This document shows positions 24,866 through 38,998 of a stretch of 64,000 bases of DNA, one piece after another. The stretch covers positions 103,335,978 to 103,399,977 of the forward strand of contig NC_068983.1 in NCBI RefSeq assembly GCF_001194135.2. The letters are read 5' to 3'. The notes below the pieces were generated by a model. The model saw only the letters and a program-made list of their open reading frames with translations. It was not told the DNA's origin and did not search any database. Made by a program: the position numbers and the translations under genes. Source of the DNA: Octopus bimaculoides (lineage: Eukaryota). The first letter of the stretch is position 1, and every line of letters begins with the position of its first letter.

Positions 24866-25513
24866 ATGTATTTGTTTGGCTTAGGTCAGACCGAATTGAG
24901 TAAACTTAAAATCTAAGAAAGACAATCTAATCGTAGTTATCCCCATCTTATTTTTAGATTTGGTATATCTCAGACTGTATTATCTAATGCCTTCTTTCTA
25001 AAACGATAGAATCTGATCTGAAGGATTTTGGTTGGCTATTTCGGTGTTCGTAGTTTTGGGTGATCGCATGGGTGCTAGTGGCAATAGTTTTAATGATAAT
25101 GATGGTTGTAGTGTTTTTAACCATCCTAGAACCGTTACCAAAGTAGACGCAGACACAACTTAGAAGCAATCCACCTATAGACAAGAAATACAAACAAGAA
25201 ATAACTCAATTCCCTTGTGACTGATGTAAAAAGAACAAAAATACAACTGGATTCTGTGTTAGCTGTTTTCCCTTTAAAATGTATACACACCCTATTTCAA
25301 GTTACACCAGATATAGTCAGTCTCTCACTGCTATTCTCACTCTGACATTCCTCAAAGCTGCCAATGTTGCTTTCTCTTTCCTAAGCCTATTATATTAAGA
25401 CACACATCACACACAAACATATACATATTTATACAAACATTTATATACATACACACACACACACACACACACAGACATATAGATATATAAATACACACAC
25501 ACACACACACACG

Positions 25514-25554
<41 letters not shown>

Positions 25555-27818
25555 ATTCATATAAACACATACATATTATATACACATATATACATATCTA
25601 CACACACACGTATGTGTTTCTGGGGGTCTGTGTGTGTACGGATATCACCGCCATCGTTTTGACATCCTTCCTCTCACTCCACCATACCTTATCCCTCAGA
25701 CTTGTATGGGTTGGATTATGGATGTAGCAATGCTAGTATGTACACCATCACAACCACCACACTCATCACCATTTTTACGTCTCTCTTTCAGTGTTGGCAG
25801 AGATTTAACTTCATATATACGAATTCCAGTGCTGTTGTGAGTTGGGCAGAAAGAAAATATTCTGTTTGTGTGTGTACACACACACACACACACTGCAAGG
25901 TCTCATATAATATAAAGAGTTGAATAACTTTGATAATCTGTGCTAGTACCATTCCAGGGTGTGCTATAAGCAGGGGAGATAACTTAAATACACTCGATCA
26001 AAATTTTAGAGAAATAAAAAGAAGTTCGACTGTCTTTTCTATGTACCATTTGAAGATTGTTGATTTGATCAACTTTACTTGTCCCTAAAAATGTATGGCA
26101 CTGTTACCGTAACAAGCTATTCATTTCTTAATCACGGCGATCCGTGGTGCTGGTGTTTATCACTTTTTTAAAAATCTTATATTTTCCCTTCAATTTTAAG
26201 CAAACGAGGGACAGATTTTCCTGAAGAAACAATTAATTTTTATAGCACTGCAAGATAATGAACTCGTTAACTCTACAGAGCAACCGCTACATTGGACGCT
26301 GAGGTATACAGCGTGTGGTCCCTAGATACATATAAGTGAACTCTACCGCTAAAAGTTATAGTGGGCTCAGAGTACACACAATATGGCAAAATTTCCATTT
26401 ATTTATCTGGCACCCTATGGAAGATAGTCAATACTGATAAGTATTATATCCTTGCGCATTAACAGAAAGATGTGTGTGCGTGTTTTTATGTATCTTTTAC
26501 ATGTTTCTGTCATTGGATAGCAGCCATGCAGTGACTCCACACTGAAGGGTTTAGCTGAACAAATCGACCTTCGTACTTCCGTACTTATTTCTTTTAGTCT
26601 GGTACATATGGTCTTAATCTCTTTTGCTAACCCGTTGGGTTACACGGACATAAACAAAGCAAAAGCAGCTTTCAGTACACAGGCACACACACATATATAG
26701 GCTTCTTTCAGTTTCCGTCGACCAAATCTATCCACGAGGCATCGGTCGCTCTGAGGCTACAATAGAAGACACATAACTGAGGAGTTCATTTTCATTGCAC
26801 ATCTTATGTGGTGTTCTCACTACATAAATAAATTAAGTTTGTACGAAACGTACGTATTGCTATAACCTAATGAATTTTTGTTGCTTTTCTTCAATATATA
26901 TANNNNNNNNNNNNNNNNNNNNNNNNNNNNNNNNNNNNNNNNNNNNNNNNNNNNNNNNNNNNNNNNNNNNNNNNNNNNNNNNNNNNNNNNNNNNNNNNNN
27001 NNNNNNNNNNNNNNNNNNNNNNNNNNNNNNNNNNNNNNNNNNNNNNNNNNNNNNNNNNNNNNNNNNNNNNNNNNNNNNNNNNNNNNNNNNNNNNNNNNNN
27101 NNNNNNNNNNNNNNNNNNNNNNNNNNNNNNNNNNNNNNNNNNNNNNNNNNNNNNNNNNNNNNNNNNNNNNNNNNNNNNNNNNNNNNNNNNNNNNNNNNNT
27201 ATATACTAATGTGTCCATCTATTTTAATTAAATTAAATTCTATATATATATATATATGCATATATACATACGTATATGTACATACTTACATCTATATGTA
27301 TATACATATGCATATATGGGCACAGGACGTCAAGAAACACGTAAAACAAAAAATACGAAGCACGAGTACATGGAATATGAAGTATTTTTTCGAACAACAA
27401 AAGACACAAATGGAAAACAAGACAAACAACAGCCCACTTCCTAACAGGCATTGCTCCTTGCTCTTTTGGCCTTAGATATACATAGATTTGATAAACTAGT
27501 CTATAAATTAATGCTGACCCCATAAAACAGTGACAAGCAAAATCTGTAACAAGTCTTTCTTCCTGATACCTTAGTAACTTCTAAGCTGAAGTGAAGACAG
27601 AATATTCTCTGTCTATCTCCTTACCTTCTTAGAGATTTTAGGTAAAATTATACTAATGTGTCCATCTATTTCAATTTAATTAAATTTTATGTCTTTATGC
27701 AGCTGAGGATTGCTCTGCATTTAAATTGATGTAATGATTGCATTGTTCAATTAAATGGAGTTGCTTGAAACGACCGTACTGCATTACCTCTGGATATCCT
27801 TGTTGCTTATTTTGATTT

Positions 27819-27849
<31 letters not shown>

Positions 27850-27863
27850 GAGGATATGATACA

Positions 27864-27929
<66 letters not shown>

Positions 27930-28284
27930 GACAGACAGGCAGGCAAGCAGGCAGACAGACAGATAGATAGATATGATACATGCATATATATAAATATATA
28001 TATAAAATGTGTGAGAGAGAGTTGAAATGGTTAACCTAACCCTCCACTGATGCAGTATTGTTGAATGCGGGGGACAGATCTATATATATTTTACTATTCA
28101 AAGCGTATTTCTCTGGAGAAAAGGGAATATTTGCTGCATTTTATCTCTAGCCATCTCCAATATAACTTAACCAATCTTCTTTTCTGCATTGTGTTAACAT
28201 GTTGCTATATCAACATACTACTACTTAGGGTGCATAAATTTATATCTGCTACAGATACTACAACCTTTTATTGATGCATATATA

Positions 28285-28315
<31 letters not shown>

Positions 28316-28599
28316 ATATATAGATATAGATGCACACACTAACACATCATGTACTCATGTAGTTATGTACTTCACAAAAATCTTAGACCTAAATAAATGT
28401 GTATCATATCCTTGAGAAATATTACTACAAATAGACGAATAACCTTTTATTTACTTACTATTACTGCGAATAAAAACTGGTTTTATGAATTCCCATGGCT
28501 TGTGGATCATCAGTTTATCATGTGTAAGTCTGCGTATACATATTCCTTTTCTTTATTTCCCCTTATGCTTAGCTTTGTTTGTCAGATGTGAAGCGGGGG

Positions 28600-29100
28600 G
28601 GGGGAGCATTGCCATTGATTTTTACAAGTTCTCCCACATGATAATAGATTGTTGTGGTTACTGTTTACTCTGTACCTATTGCAGGTTGATGTCTGAAGAA
28701 AAACTTGATTTCAGAGGATTACGATTCTGTGTAGAAATTATTGCACAATAACTGAGACAATTTCCAATCTTTCAAGTTAACACTGCACAGTCACGGGCCC
28801 CACTTAGCTCATTCCTCTCCAATTGCTCTCAATTATCTGTATTTACTGAACATTTTCACTTACATGCAGCATTACAGTTTTGGCACAACTCTCATAGATT
28901 CTAGCTTTTGTATCGCAAGAGAAATGATTTGCTGCCAACAGAAGTAGTTGTTCTCTCAACATTCCCAACCCTTCTCACACCCTACTTCAGTTACAACTGT
29001 CTTCATCACTAACATCTCTTAAAGTAACAGAACTTTACTACTGCTGCTACAAACAAGCTACTTAAGCAGTCTATGGTCTTCAATGCATGGCCACTTGTGC
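28600..29100 (-). mobile_element. Ancient RTE-clade LINE ORF remnant
   Basis: Minus-strand translation TKARIYESCAKTVMLHVSE aligns with RVKGRLYDACVRTAMLHGSET of the younger RTE copy at 47.1-47.3 kb. Confidence 0.6.
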
Positions 29101-31700
29101 CCCAAGCTAGTCCAGAGCATTTGGTGCTCTTAGAGCTGGTTTTTTTGTTTGTTTGTTTTTTTTTTGTCAGTCAACTGTAGATCTACTTACACACTTTTAC
29201 ATCCATTGTTCATACTATTATGTGGTAGTGTTGAGTCTTTGAGTCTTGCTAGTGTTCTGTGGTAATTAACTTGATGTCCCACTTTTCTCGGCTCATATCT
29301 TAAAGCTAACTTTCCAATTCACCTCTCAAGAGTGGATGAGATAAAACTGTCAAGTTCAATTCTATTTGTGATCAATTGAAATTTTGAAAGTTTTTTTCTC
29401 TTTTATGTGGGACTAACTTTCATTAACATTAATGTTTGCTTGTTTTTATTTATTTATTTTTTTTGCATTATAGTTATAATTTCAATTGATTAAAAATCAT
29501 TTTCAACTTGCCACATCAAATATAGTAGCCTGCACTTAACTATAAGTTCAAGGTTTGACTCAATCAATTGCAACTCTTCTTTAAGGGTAACTTTCGGCCC
29601 ATGATCATCATCTCTAACACTGTTTTAGTACCCATTTTCTCACCATTTTCATGGGTTTAAGAGAAGCCTACAGTATAACATGTTTGCATTTCTTTCAATC
29701 CTGAATCGTTCTTCCAAGAAACCCAGCATTCCAAGATCAAACCATCACTCCAGAAATTTATACCTGAGCCATGTTCATTTTTTCACTGCCAGTTTATGGC
29801 ATTTGCCACTCATCAGTTTATACAGTATCAGAATAGGCATCTTATGCTCCTCTATATGCCAGTTGATGTTTTTAGTACCTGCTAAAAGACAATTTTACGG
29901 AAACTTAAAAGAAAAACATCATAGAAGAAGTTAAGATAACAGAAATGAGTTATAAAATAAACTTCCTGTCTACCTTCTCAATACCCCAAATACACATTCC
30001 CACAAAGTGAAATGAGATGGAGGATATTATAGTGTAATGTAAGTCCAAAGACACTTTCAAAGTCTGATACTTAGCTTCATTTTTATGTTAAGTGAATGGA
30101 GGATGGGAGAGGTAGTACAATACAGTGTTCTACCAATAAAATAGTGTATTTGAGCTCAAGATCTATGAGCTGAGCAAATGGTCTAATAGCTTATGCACTC
30201 AGCCATCTTTCTTTTGTTATAATATTGAAGAACATCAATATTTATTTATTTAAGACGTCATTAAAAAGGTGCAACAGCAAAGTTCCTTGTTGCCAACACC
30301 AGAAGAAAATCTTAAGTACATCAGACTTCATCAGTCTTTCAGCCAGTTAAGTATTGTACTTTTCCATCTGACTGGCAAGTACTGCATTTAGATGCTCTAC
30401 TCACTACCTCTTAAGGTGTTGTTTTACTCCTCCACAATATCCAACATGAGCCAAACTCTGTCACCTAACAAACCTGCCTAACCACTCTCAAAACTACAAT
30501 CTATCTCTCAATAGCAAGCCCAGCAAAGCTTGAGCACTCATCCTTCTTCACGTATACAGTCCTGTCAGCCCTCCATTTCTCTTACATTTTTTTATTATTA
30601 CTGTATATTTTCCTATCTTCCTCTCACTTTCTCCATCCTTGTCTCCCATGGCACAGTCAACTCCATGATAACCACAAATCATCCTTCAGAAAAAAAATCA
30701 CATCAGATCTCAAGGTTATGTTCACGATCTCTCAGTCATCTGCTATGAAGCATATTGTACTTTTTTTAATCATTTAATTAAAAACATTTCAGTCGTGTCC
30801 ACTCCATTCATCTTTCATTGCATATCTACATTTACATTATCTTTTACTTTTATCTTGTATTTGTTTCAGTCATTGGACTGCACTCATTGCTAACATCAAC
30901 AATTACAAACTCTTTACACTTATTTTCTATTGTTTCTCTTGATTCATGTACTTTATTAAGACCATCGACGGTGCTCAGCTACATGATCATTTAATAACAC
31001 CCTCCATGAACCAAGAGGTAGATTGACCCACAAGAAATAGCAATCAAATCTCCCTTAAATCTTAACAAGTATAAGGGCACATTGAACAATGTAGTCTTCG
31101 ATGATAAGGTCTGCTCAGTAAGATCTAATTGGAGCTAAACAACAGTACAACCTCTTAAGCCACAACAGTTGCTCCATTGCAGTGCTGCACAAAACTGTTT
31201 GACATCAATAAGAATTACAGCACAAACACAACAGCAGCAACAACAATGATGATGGTTTCAATGCCCCCATCACCACTAGGTCATATGCAAGTCACCGATT
31301 AATTCTCAACAACTTTATTACTATATTTAGAGGGAAANNNNNNNNNNCCACTAGGTCATATGCAAGTCACCGATTAATTCTCAACAACTTTATTACTACA
31401 TTTAGAGGGAAAAAAAAATTTTTTCTAAAAAATTTGTGTCATGTAAACTTTGGAAATAAAGGAAGTGAACACAAAAGGAGAAAATTAATTTATAAAAAGA
31501 CAAAAAACAAAAGGATCTTTACAAGTCGCTTTGTTAACATCTTTTTGTTAAAAACATACAAAATGTAAGTCTTTATGTGTATATCTCTGTGTAACATAAC
31601 TCTAGTAATTTTTCCCTTCTTCATAACAAAAGAATAGATTCAAAGTATAATTACAGAAATAAATGATTAAAGTAATCCCTCTGGCTAAGAAAATTTCACT

Positions 31701-31739
<39 letters not shown>

Positions 31740-31751
31740 CTGCATGCACAT

Positions 31752-31782
<31 letters not shown>

Positions 31783-32421
31783 CAAGGAACCGCCTTTAGC
31801 TAAGAACACTGAATAGTCAGGTATTTTTCTGGGTTTAAGTTTTGTACAGAGCTATGTAAGAATTGCACTAACATAACTGCAAGCTATCTGGATAGAAGCG
31901 TGAGAAGCTGGTATCAGGCAGAGGAGAAGGGGAGGTCTTTAACTCTGACATTAATGGCATGAGTACAGGAAACCAATTCTCTTTCAGTATGGAGTTTCCG
32001 GTGTTATTTCAGTTGACAACCAAGCTACATGCAATTAATGTAAATTGTGCTTGGAAACCCTTAAAAAAGAACAAATAAGATCATGATGTAAGCTCACTAA
32101 ATATAACAATGTAAAAACTGTCTGGAAACAGTAGGAATAGAACTCAGAAACAAAACTGAACTAAACTAAACCAAAAATAAAATCAAGATATAAAACAAAA
32201 AAGGGGGACTAGATTGCTTTAGGAATCTAGATATTTTGCATTTGAAGACCAAGAGAGATGGCTCTGGCAGTACAAATTGAAACTAGATGATATATTGCAT
32301 ATTGATTTATTAATTCATTATTCTGAGTCCAAATCCAGCCAGATCTAACATTAGTTTTTTTGTTTTTTTTTCATTTCTGCAACAATTAATAAAATAGTAA
32401 CTGTTACACACACTCAACATT

Positions 32422-32485
<64 letters not shown>

Positions 32486-34078
32486 AGATAGATAGATATA
32501 CATACACATACACACAGAGCACCTGTGTAGTGCCATGTAAAAGCATGCAGCACACTCTCTAAGTGACTGGCATTAGGAAGGGCATCCAGCCATAGAAATC
32601 ATGTCAAATCAGATTGGAGTCTGATGCACCCCACTTCACCCACCCACTTGCTAGTTCCGGTCAAACTGTTCAACCAATGCCAGTATGACCAATGGACTTT
32701 AAATGATGATGATTATGATATATTATCATCATCATCCTCATTGTTTTAACATCCACTTTCTCATGTTTGCATGGGTCCAAAACAATTTGTTGAGACAGAA
32801 CTTCTACTACAGTATGCCTTTCTGTTGCCAATTCTCAACTGTTTCTAAGCAAAGTAATATTTCCCTATAACCACATATTTTCATGCAAACTTGGAAACTA
32901 ATGACATTAGTGGTATGTCAGTGACGTTCATTTATGACTATGACACAATGTCAAGACAATGAGGCACATCTACAAACACACACACACTTGATAGGCTTAT
33001 TTCAGTTTCAATCAATTAAATCTACTCATATAAGACCATGCAGTGGGACAGAAGCTGAAATCATGTGTGGGAGGCAAACAAATATACCACACATTTAATA
33101 TTTCATGAAACCTAATGAAGTTAAAATTGAAATCCTCTTGGTTTCAAATGTGCTGTCTCTCAAAGGTATAAGCTTAAATTTATGGTAAGAATCATTCAGT
33201 GAGTTCTTAGAAAAGGTTATGCACAGGACACCTGAGAGCAATTAGTAAGAAAAGTGTTGATCAATTAAGTATCACAAAGTTAATTCAATCAATTATATCT
33301 CTGCTCAATATAAGTGCACATTGTATCTAGTCAAAAAATCAATATTTGTTATTCAAATCTTGCTTGCATTGGTTATCATACAATTTCTTGGCTGTATCCA
33401 TATCATTAATATATCAAAGATAAATAAAGAAAATAATGAAGATGATGTAATCAAGGTACAGGTGTGCATGTGTGGTAAGAAGTTTGCTTACAGTCACCAT
33501 GGTTCTGGGTTCAATCTCATTGCATGGCACTTTGGGCTAATGTCTTCTACTATAGCCTCAAGCCAACCAATACCTTGTGGTAGACTGAAACTGAAAGAAG
33601 CTTGTCATGTATATACACATACACACACACACACATCTGTGTTTTTCTGTTTATGTTTGTCTCCTGCCACTGCTTGACAGCCAGTGTTGTTTTGTTTATG
33701 CCCCTATAACTTAGTCTGGCAAAAAAGGAATAAGTACCAGACATCTTAAAAAAAAGGTACTTGCATTGACTTTGTAACTAAAACCTTCAAGACATTGCTC
33801 TAGATAAACTCTTATATCATGCAGAAAATGGTATCAACAGGTGTGTACTTTTCCAGTTGAATATAACCATTTGTTTTTGTCAGTTACTCGATACTCTGAA
33901 ACTTGGGTACAAATAAGCAGGTAGTTAAACATTTAAATACATGAATGAGCACCACGAACTAGAAAACAAGCTTCCAGTGAACCAATTTTGTAAGCTGATT
34001 TTGATATGCAGTTGCAATTATAACACTAATACCCTTGAAAACCATGAATTTGATACCTGCTCAAATTCCTTTCCTGCT

Positions 34079-34171
34079 AAAAAGCTTTAGCTTCATGCTT
34101 ACCTGGAGAAAACAATTTTACACCTGTGTTCTCATGTTAAAAAGCTTTAGCTTCATGCCTACCTGGAGAAA
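34079..34171. repeat. 60-nt-period tandem duplication containing splice-site-like motifs
   Basis: aaaaagctttagcttcatgc(t/c)tacctggagaaa occurs twice, 60 nt apart. Confidence 0.85.
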
Positions 34172-35129
34172 GCAATGTGGCATTTGCATTAGTTATACTA
34201 AAACATTATTAATAAAGTCATAGCAACTTACATCAAGAACTAGAAAATGCTTTCTATATTCAAACAGTGAAATAGCCGATCAATTGGTACCAAGCAGAGT
34301 AAAGAAATTCAGGCAATTGGATATTAGATATGAAAGCTGGTTACAAGACAGATAGATGTAAATTTTCCTACCAAAGATAACAGCAAACAAGATAACAATG
34401 ATAACACCGAGAAAATGGTAGCATGGAACTGATATCTTAATCTTCATGTGTACATTTTTATATATACTTCCACCACAGAAGAAAATTCAGTTGCTTTTGT
34501 ATAAAATTACAATAAATTCATTTCAACATGTGTGTGTATATAGACATATGTACACCTTTCTCTCTCCAATGAAACACCATAGCTGTAAGGTTAATGTGTT
34601 GGACTACTAATCACTTCATTGTCATGACACTTACTCGCAACAATTATACTGAGTTTCTGAGCAAGGGATATGACTTTGTCTCAGTCTTCAAGGTTGACAA
34701 CAGGTCCCACTTCAACTTCACAGTTGAGTAAATTACCAGCAGAAGCGTGTACAGCTGTTAAAACAACTGTTTAAACAATATGCAAATGAGCAAATTTATA
34801 AAATCTTTCTGCCCCCCCAAGACTGGAAAATGGATGTAAAACAGAATGAAAAAATATATTTCTAACTTCCTTTCAGCAACAAGATTTAAAAAAGCATACG
34901 ATTAAATTTCTTGATAAAGTCAATATTTACAAAACCTACACTAGCAAACACTTGCAAACTAGTTTTTATGAGGTTGGCTGTCAGCCTGTACTCACTATTT
35001 ATATTTTTAAGACATAGAAGATCTATTTATACATGAGTATATCAGTACTCTGGGCACATCAAATAAAAATACCTTGCAGTAGTTATTCTTTTTGAATTAT
35101 GTTTCTTTATATTAAGTGGGACATAAGGG

Positions 35130-35408
35130 CTAAAAGGTACTTAGAAAGTTACCCTCTGAGGCACAAGTCCGGGCAAGGTTGTTTGTGGAGGACCAGTAGT
35201 CACCCATGCAGTCCAACCTCCCCTCCACGCCACCAATGTTATCCAAGGGAAAGGCAAAGGTCGATATACGCTTAGCACTAGTGAACTGGAGCAACATGAA
35301 ATAAAGTGTCTTGCTTAAGAGCACAACACACAGCCCAGTCTGGGAATTGAAATCACTATCTCATGATTGTGAGCCTGATGCTCTTACCACTGAGCCATAC
35401 GCCTTCTC
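35130..35408 (-). mobile_element. tRNA-derived SINE with CORE-like central segment
   Basis: Head ggcgtatggctcagtggtaagagc...tttcaattccc followed by gcaagacactttatttcatgttgctccagttcact. Related copies at 38385-38620 (+) and 47770-48095 (-). The CORE assignment is from memory. Confidence 0.6.
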
Positions 35409-36677
35409 CTAGTTGGATTCAGCCATTCAATAAAGAGAGATCTATAAGTACAGGAATTAATACAATTGACTAAATATCTTTGAAGGCAGTGCCCCAGCAA
35501 GGCTACAGTCTAAAAACTGGAGCAATAGAAGTGTAAGAAAGTAATAAATATCTTTGTGTGATTAATTTACTGTAAAATTTGAACATATTGGTACATCATT
35601 TTAGTAAAGAAGTTTGTAACAAGATCATAGAATTTGATGACATTTTTCTAACAGCTAAAGTATTAGAAATCGTAAAACATCTTTGATCGTAGATCTAACC
35701 AGGATTACTTGATTAAAGATGACCTGGTGTTAAGTAATACCAAAGTATAATATTAAAAAAAAAATTTAAAAAAAAACAAAAAAACAAAACAGATTCAGCT
35801 CTTCTACACTTCACAGTCCTGTGTTGCTATCACTAAGTATATCTCCTGAAGTCTTTGTCAAACAAGCTGAAAATAAGTACCATGAGGAGGTACACATAAA
35901 CACCATAATATGAGGGTTCACAATATATTTAAGGAATGTTCCATAAGCTTGCTGTACTAATTTCAAATCCTACCTGGTGCAATAGAAAACTCATTAAACT
36001 CAGCTAGCAGGCACAGAAAGAATGTTGGAGCCTATGATTGCTAGCATCACATACCCATATCCATACCCACTTCCAGTATGTTTTCATGATGAATCACACG
36101 ATGATGTAATTCCATCTAGGGTGCCGCAGCCAATCAACTATGATCTTTCTGGTTAAAGATGAAGAACGTCTACAGTTGACATTCAGCAATCATATAAGAG
36201 ATATTCTCTTATCAGTTTGGTTTGTCACCATGTCATTCACACTGAAGCAAGAGAAAGAGAGGGAAAGAGAGAGAGACATGTGTGTGTGTGTGGGGGGAGA
36301 GACAAGAAGAGAAAGAGAAATACAGAAAAAGAGCGAGTAAAGGACTGAGATATATATATATATATATATATATCTATATATACAGAGAGAGAGAGAGAGA
36401 GGAATGGGATACATGATGAGTGTGCAGATGTTTGTGTGTTTACATTTTTGTATCATTGCTACACTGCATTTGATGCTGAAAAGGCTATCTAGATGTAAAA
36501 TATCACTGTAATTAGAGGTATAATGTTAAGCATATCCAAGAGAACTGTTAGGACAACAGTTGGGGCCAGGCAGAAAAAAATATTTATCTCTTTTAAAGGA
36601 ACATGCAAAAATTGCCATTGAATCATGTATGTGTGTGCGGTTGTGTACATGTATATGCACATACATATATGCATACA

Positions 36678-36710
<33 letters not shown>

Positions 36711-36711
<1 letters not shown>

Positions 36712-37140
36712 CCAAAGTAAGTACATAAATGCAAAACAAGGTGGAAAAAATAGTACTCAAATACCAGAGGAAGAGTAATATGCTTTATTAAAAAGCAGCA
36801 AAAATATCACAAAAACTGTTACTCAGAGTTTCAGGTTTCCGTTCGGACAGTTTTGTTTAGAATGGAACAAAAATAAGGTTATAAGCAAACATATATAATT
36901 AGTTTAATGGATACACACTTGAAAACAGTTTTGTTTCATTGGTCCTTTCATTGTAAAGACCATTGGTTGAAAGGACCAATGAAACAAAACCATTTTCAAA
37001 TGTGTATCCATTAAACTAATTGTATATGTTTGCCTATAACCTTATTTTTGTTCCATTCTAAACAAAACTGTCTGACAAACAGGAACGTGAAACTCTGAGT
37101 AACAGTTTTTGTGATATTTTCGCTGCTTTTTAATAAAGTA
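36711..37140. mobile_element. Penelope-like pseudo-LTR fragments forming a ~360-bp inverted repeat
   Basis: Arms 36781-36950 and 36968-37140 with a 17-nt spacer; each arm carries a hammerhead-like motif; (TA)n tracts on both sides. Confidence 0.65.
37064..37109 (+). ncRNA. Degenerate type-I hammerhead ribozyme motif
   Basis: aaaactgt-CTGACAA-acaggaacgt-GAAA-CTCTGAG-TA-acagtttt: perfect 8-bp stem I and palindromic stem III, but core G8 is an A and stem II is broken. Confidence 0.5.
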
Positions 37141-38169
37141 TATGTATATATATATATATATATATATANNNNNNNNNNNNNNNNNNNNNNNNNNNNNNNN
37201 NNNNNNNNNNNNNNNNNNNNNNNNNNNNNNNNNNNNNNNNNNNNNNNNNNNNNNNNNNNNNNNNNNNNNNNNNNNNNNNNNNNNNNNNNNNNNNNNNNNN
37301 NNNNNNNNNNNNNNNNNNNNNNNNNNNNNNNNNNNNNNNNNNNNNNNNNNNNNNNNNNNNNNNNNNNNNNNNNNNNNNNNNNNNNNNNNNNNNNNNNNNN
37401 NNNNNNNNNNNNNNNNNNNNNNNNNNNNNNNNNNNNNNNNNNNNNNNNNNNNNNNNNNNNNNNNNNNNNNNNNNNNNNNNNNNNNNNNNNNNNNNNNNNN
37501 NNNNNNNNNNNNNNNNNNNNNNNNNNNNNNNNNNNNNNNNNNNNNNNNNNNNNNNNNNNNNNNNNNNNNNNNNNNNNNNNNNNNNNNNNNNNNNNNNNNN
37601 NNNNNNNNNNNNNNNNNNNNNNNNNNNNNNNCCATCCAAATGTGGCTGATGCCAGCACTGTCTTGACTGGTTCCCGTGCCGGTGACACATAAAACGCACC
37701 ATCCAATCATGGTCGATGACAGGCCCCCTCTGCCCCCTGTGCCGGTGGCATGTAAAAAGCAACTACTACACTCTCGGAGTCTGGTGCAGCTTTCCAGACC
37801 CCAGTCGAACCATCCATTCCATGCCAGCATGGAAAACAGACGTTAAATGATGATGATGATGATGATGATGAATTCATTTCTTTTTTTTAGCCACAAGGGC
37901 TCAGGATGAAATTTATAAACATTTAACACATAGCCATGCACGTTTTCACGTATGCCTTTTAATCACATGACTATTAATATCACAGTCATGTGATTTGAGG
38001 AAATGTGCATAGCGATGCAGTAAATGTTTATGAATTTCATCCTAGGAATATCGTTATAAACCTACACTATAACTTGATGCAATCCCGAAAAACTGGCTCC
38101 CTAGTCAGCATAATTGAACAGGAGCTTTATTTACATATCCAAAACATTTCCCATAAACAAATCTAAAAG

Positions 38170-38252
<83 letters not shown>

Positions 38253-38636
38253 TGTGTGTGTGTATGTATACACACACATATATACACCTATGCTTACATA
38301 TGAATATGTGTGTGTATATATGGATATACATATGTATATATGCAATTATGTGTGTATCTATATATGTGTGTGAAGGTGTGTGGACAAGTGGTTAGGTTGC
38401 TGCACTCCTGATCACTAGATCATGTGTTCAATTCCCAGATAGGCTAGCACCTTGTGTTCTTGAGCTAAACACTTCATTTCATGTTGCCTCATGTCCCCCT
38501 ATCTACCAGGGGGGAAGTGTTGACCTGCTCGCCTAGCCACAAGGGTGGTATCATTCAAAGGCTAAAACAATGCAAAGTGCATTGTGACTAGTGAGATGTA
38601 AAAACATCTGATAGTCTGGTCTGTCATGTGCTGTGC

Positions 38637-38693
<57 letters not shown>

Positions 38694-38844
38694 TACATAT
38701 ATACATACATACATGACTGCATGTGTATTCATTTATATATGTGTGTGGATATGTATGTACAAACTCTTTTCCTCCTTCAGCCATAGAATTGTGGTGATAT
38801 ATTTAAATACAGGAAATTATTCCACAATATGTGAACAATGATGA

Positions 38845-38998
38845 CGGGGTGCAGAAAAGTTCCTGGCTTTAAGAGTATCGTGAAAGGCCTGATTGGGGGC
38901 CCACCTACTGAGTTCTTTTATAGGGCTTAGAAAAACTGAAAGACCATTGCAATAAGTGTGTGAATCTAAGATGGGAATATGTTCAATAAAATCATGTA
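38845..38998 (+). mobile_element. mariner-derived deleted element (5' TIR fused to C-terminal coding end)
   Basis: TIR-like acggggtgcagaaaagttcctggcttt; LEKLKDHCNKCVNLRWEYVQ* resembles the mariner C-terminus (xxKLxxRWxKCVxxxGEYVE). Confidence 0.6.

Noticed and set aside
28855-28870. Minus-strand GTAAGT donor suggesting an exon
   Set aside because: It lies inside the RTE remnant (the MLHVSE motif), and the upstream frames are interrupted.
31273-31410. ~65-bp direct duplication
   Set aside because: Near-identical copies sit either side of a 10-N gap, typical of unmerged allelic contig overlap.
31990-32070. Phase-2 terminal exon candidate (VSKHNLH*) for the 57.7 kb gene
   Set aside because: The acceptor is plausible, but 8 codons give no independent support; similar candidates exist at 36.2 and 42.1 kb.
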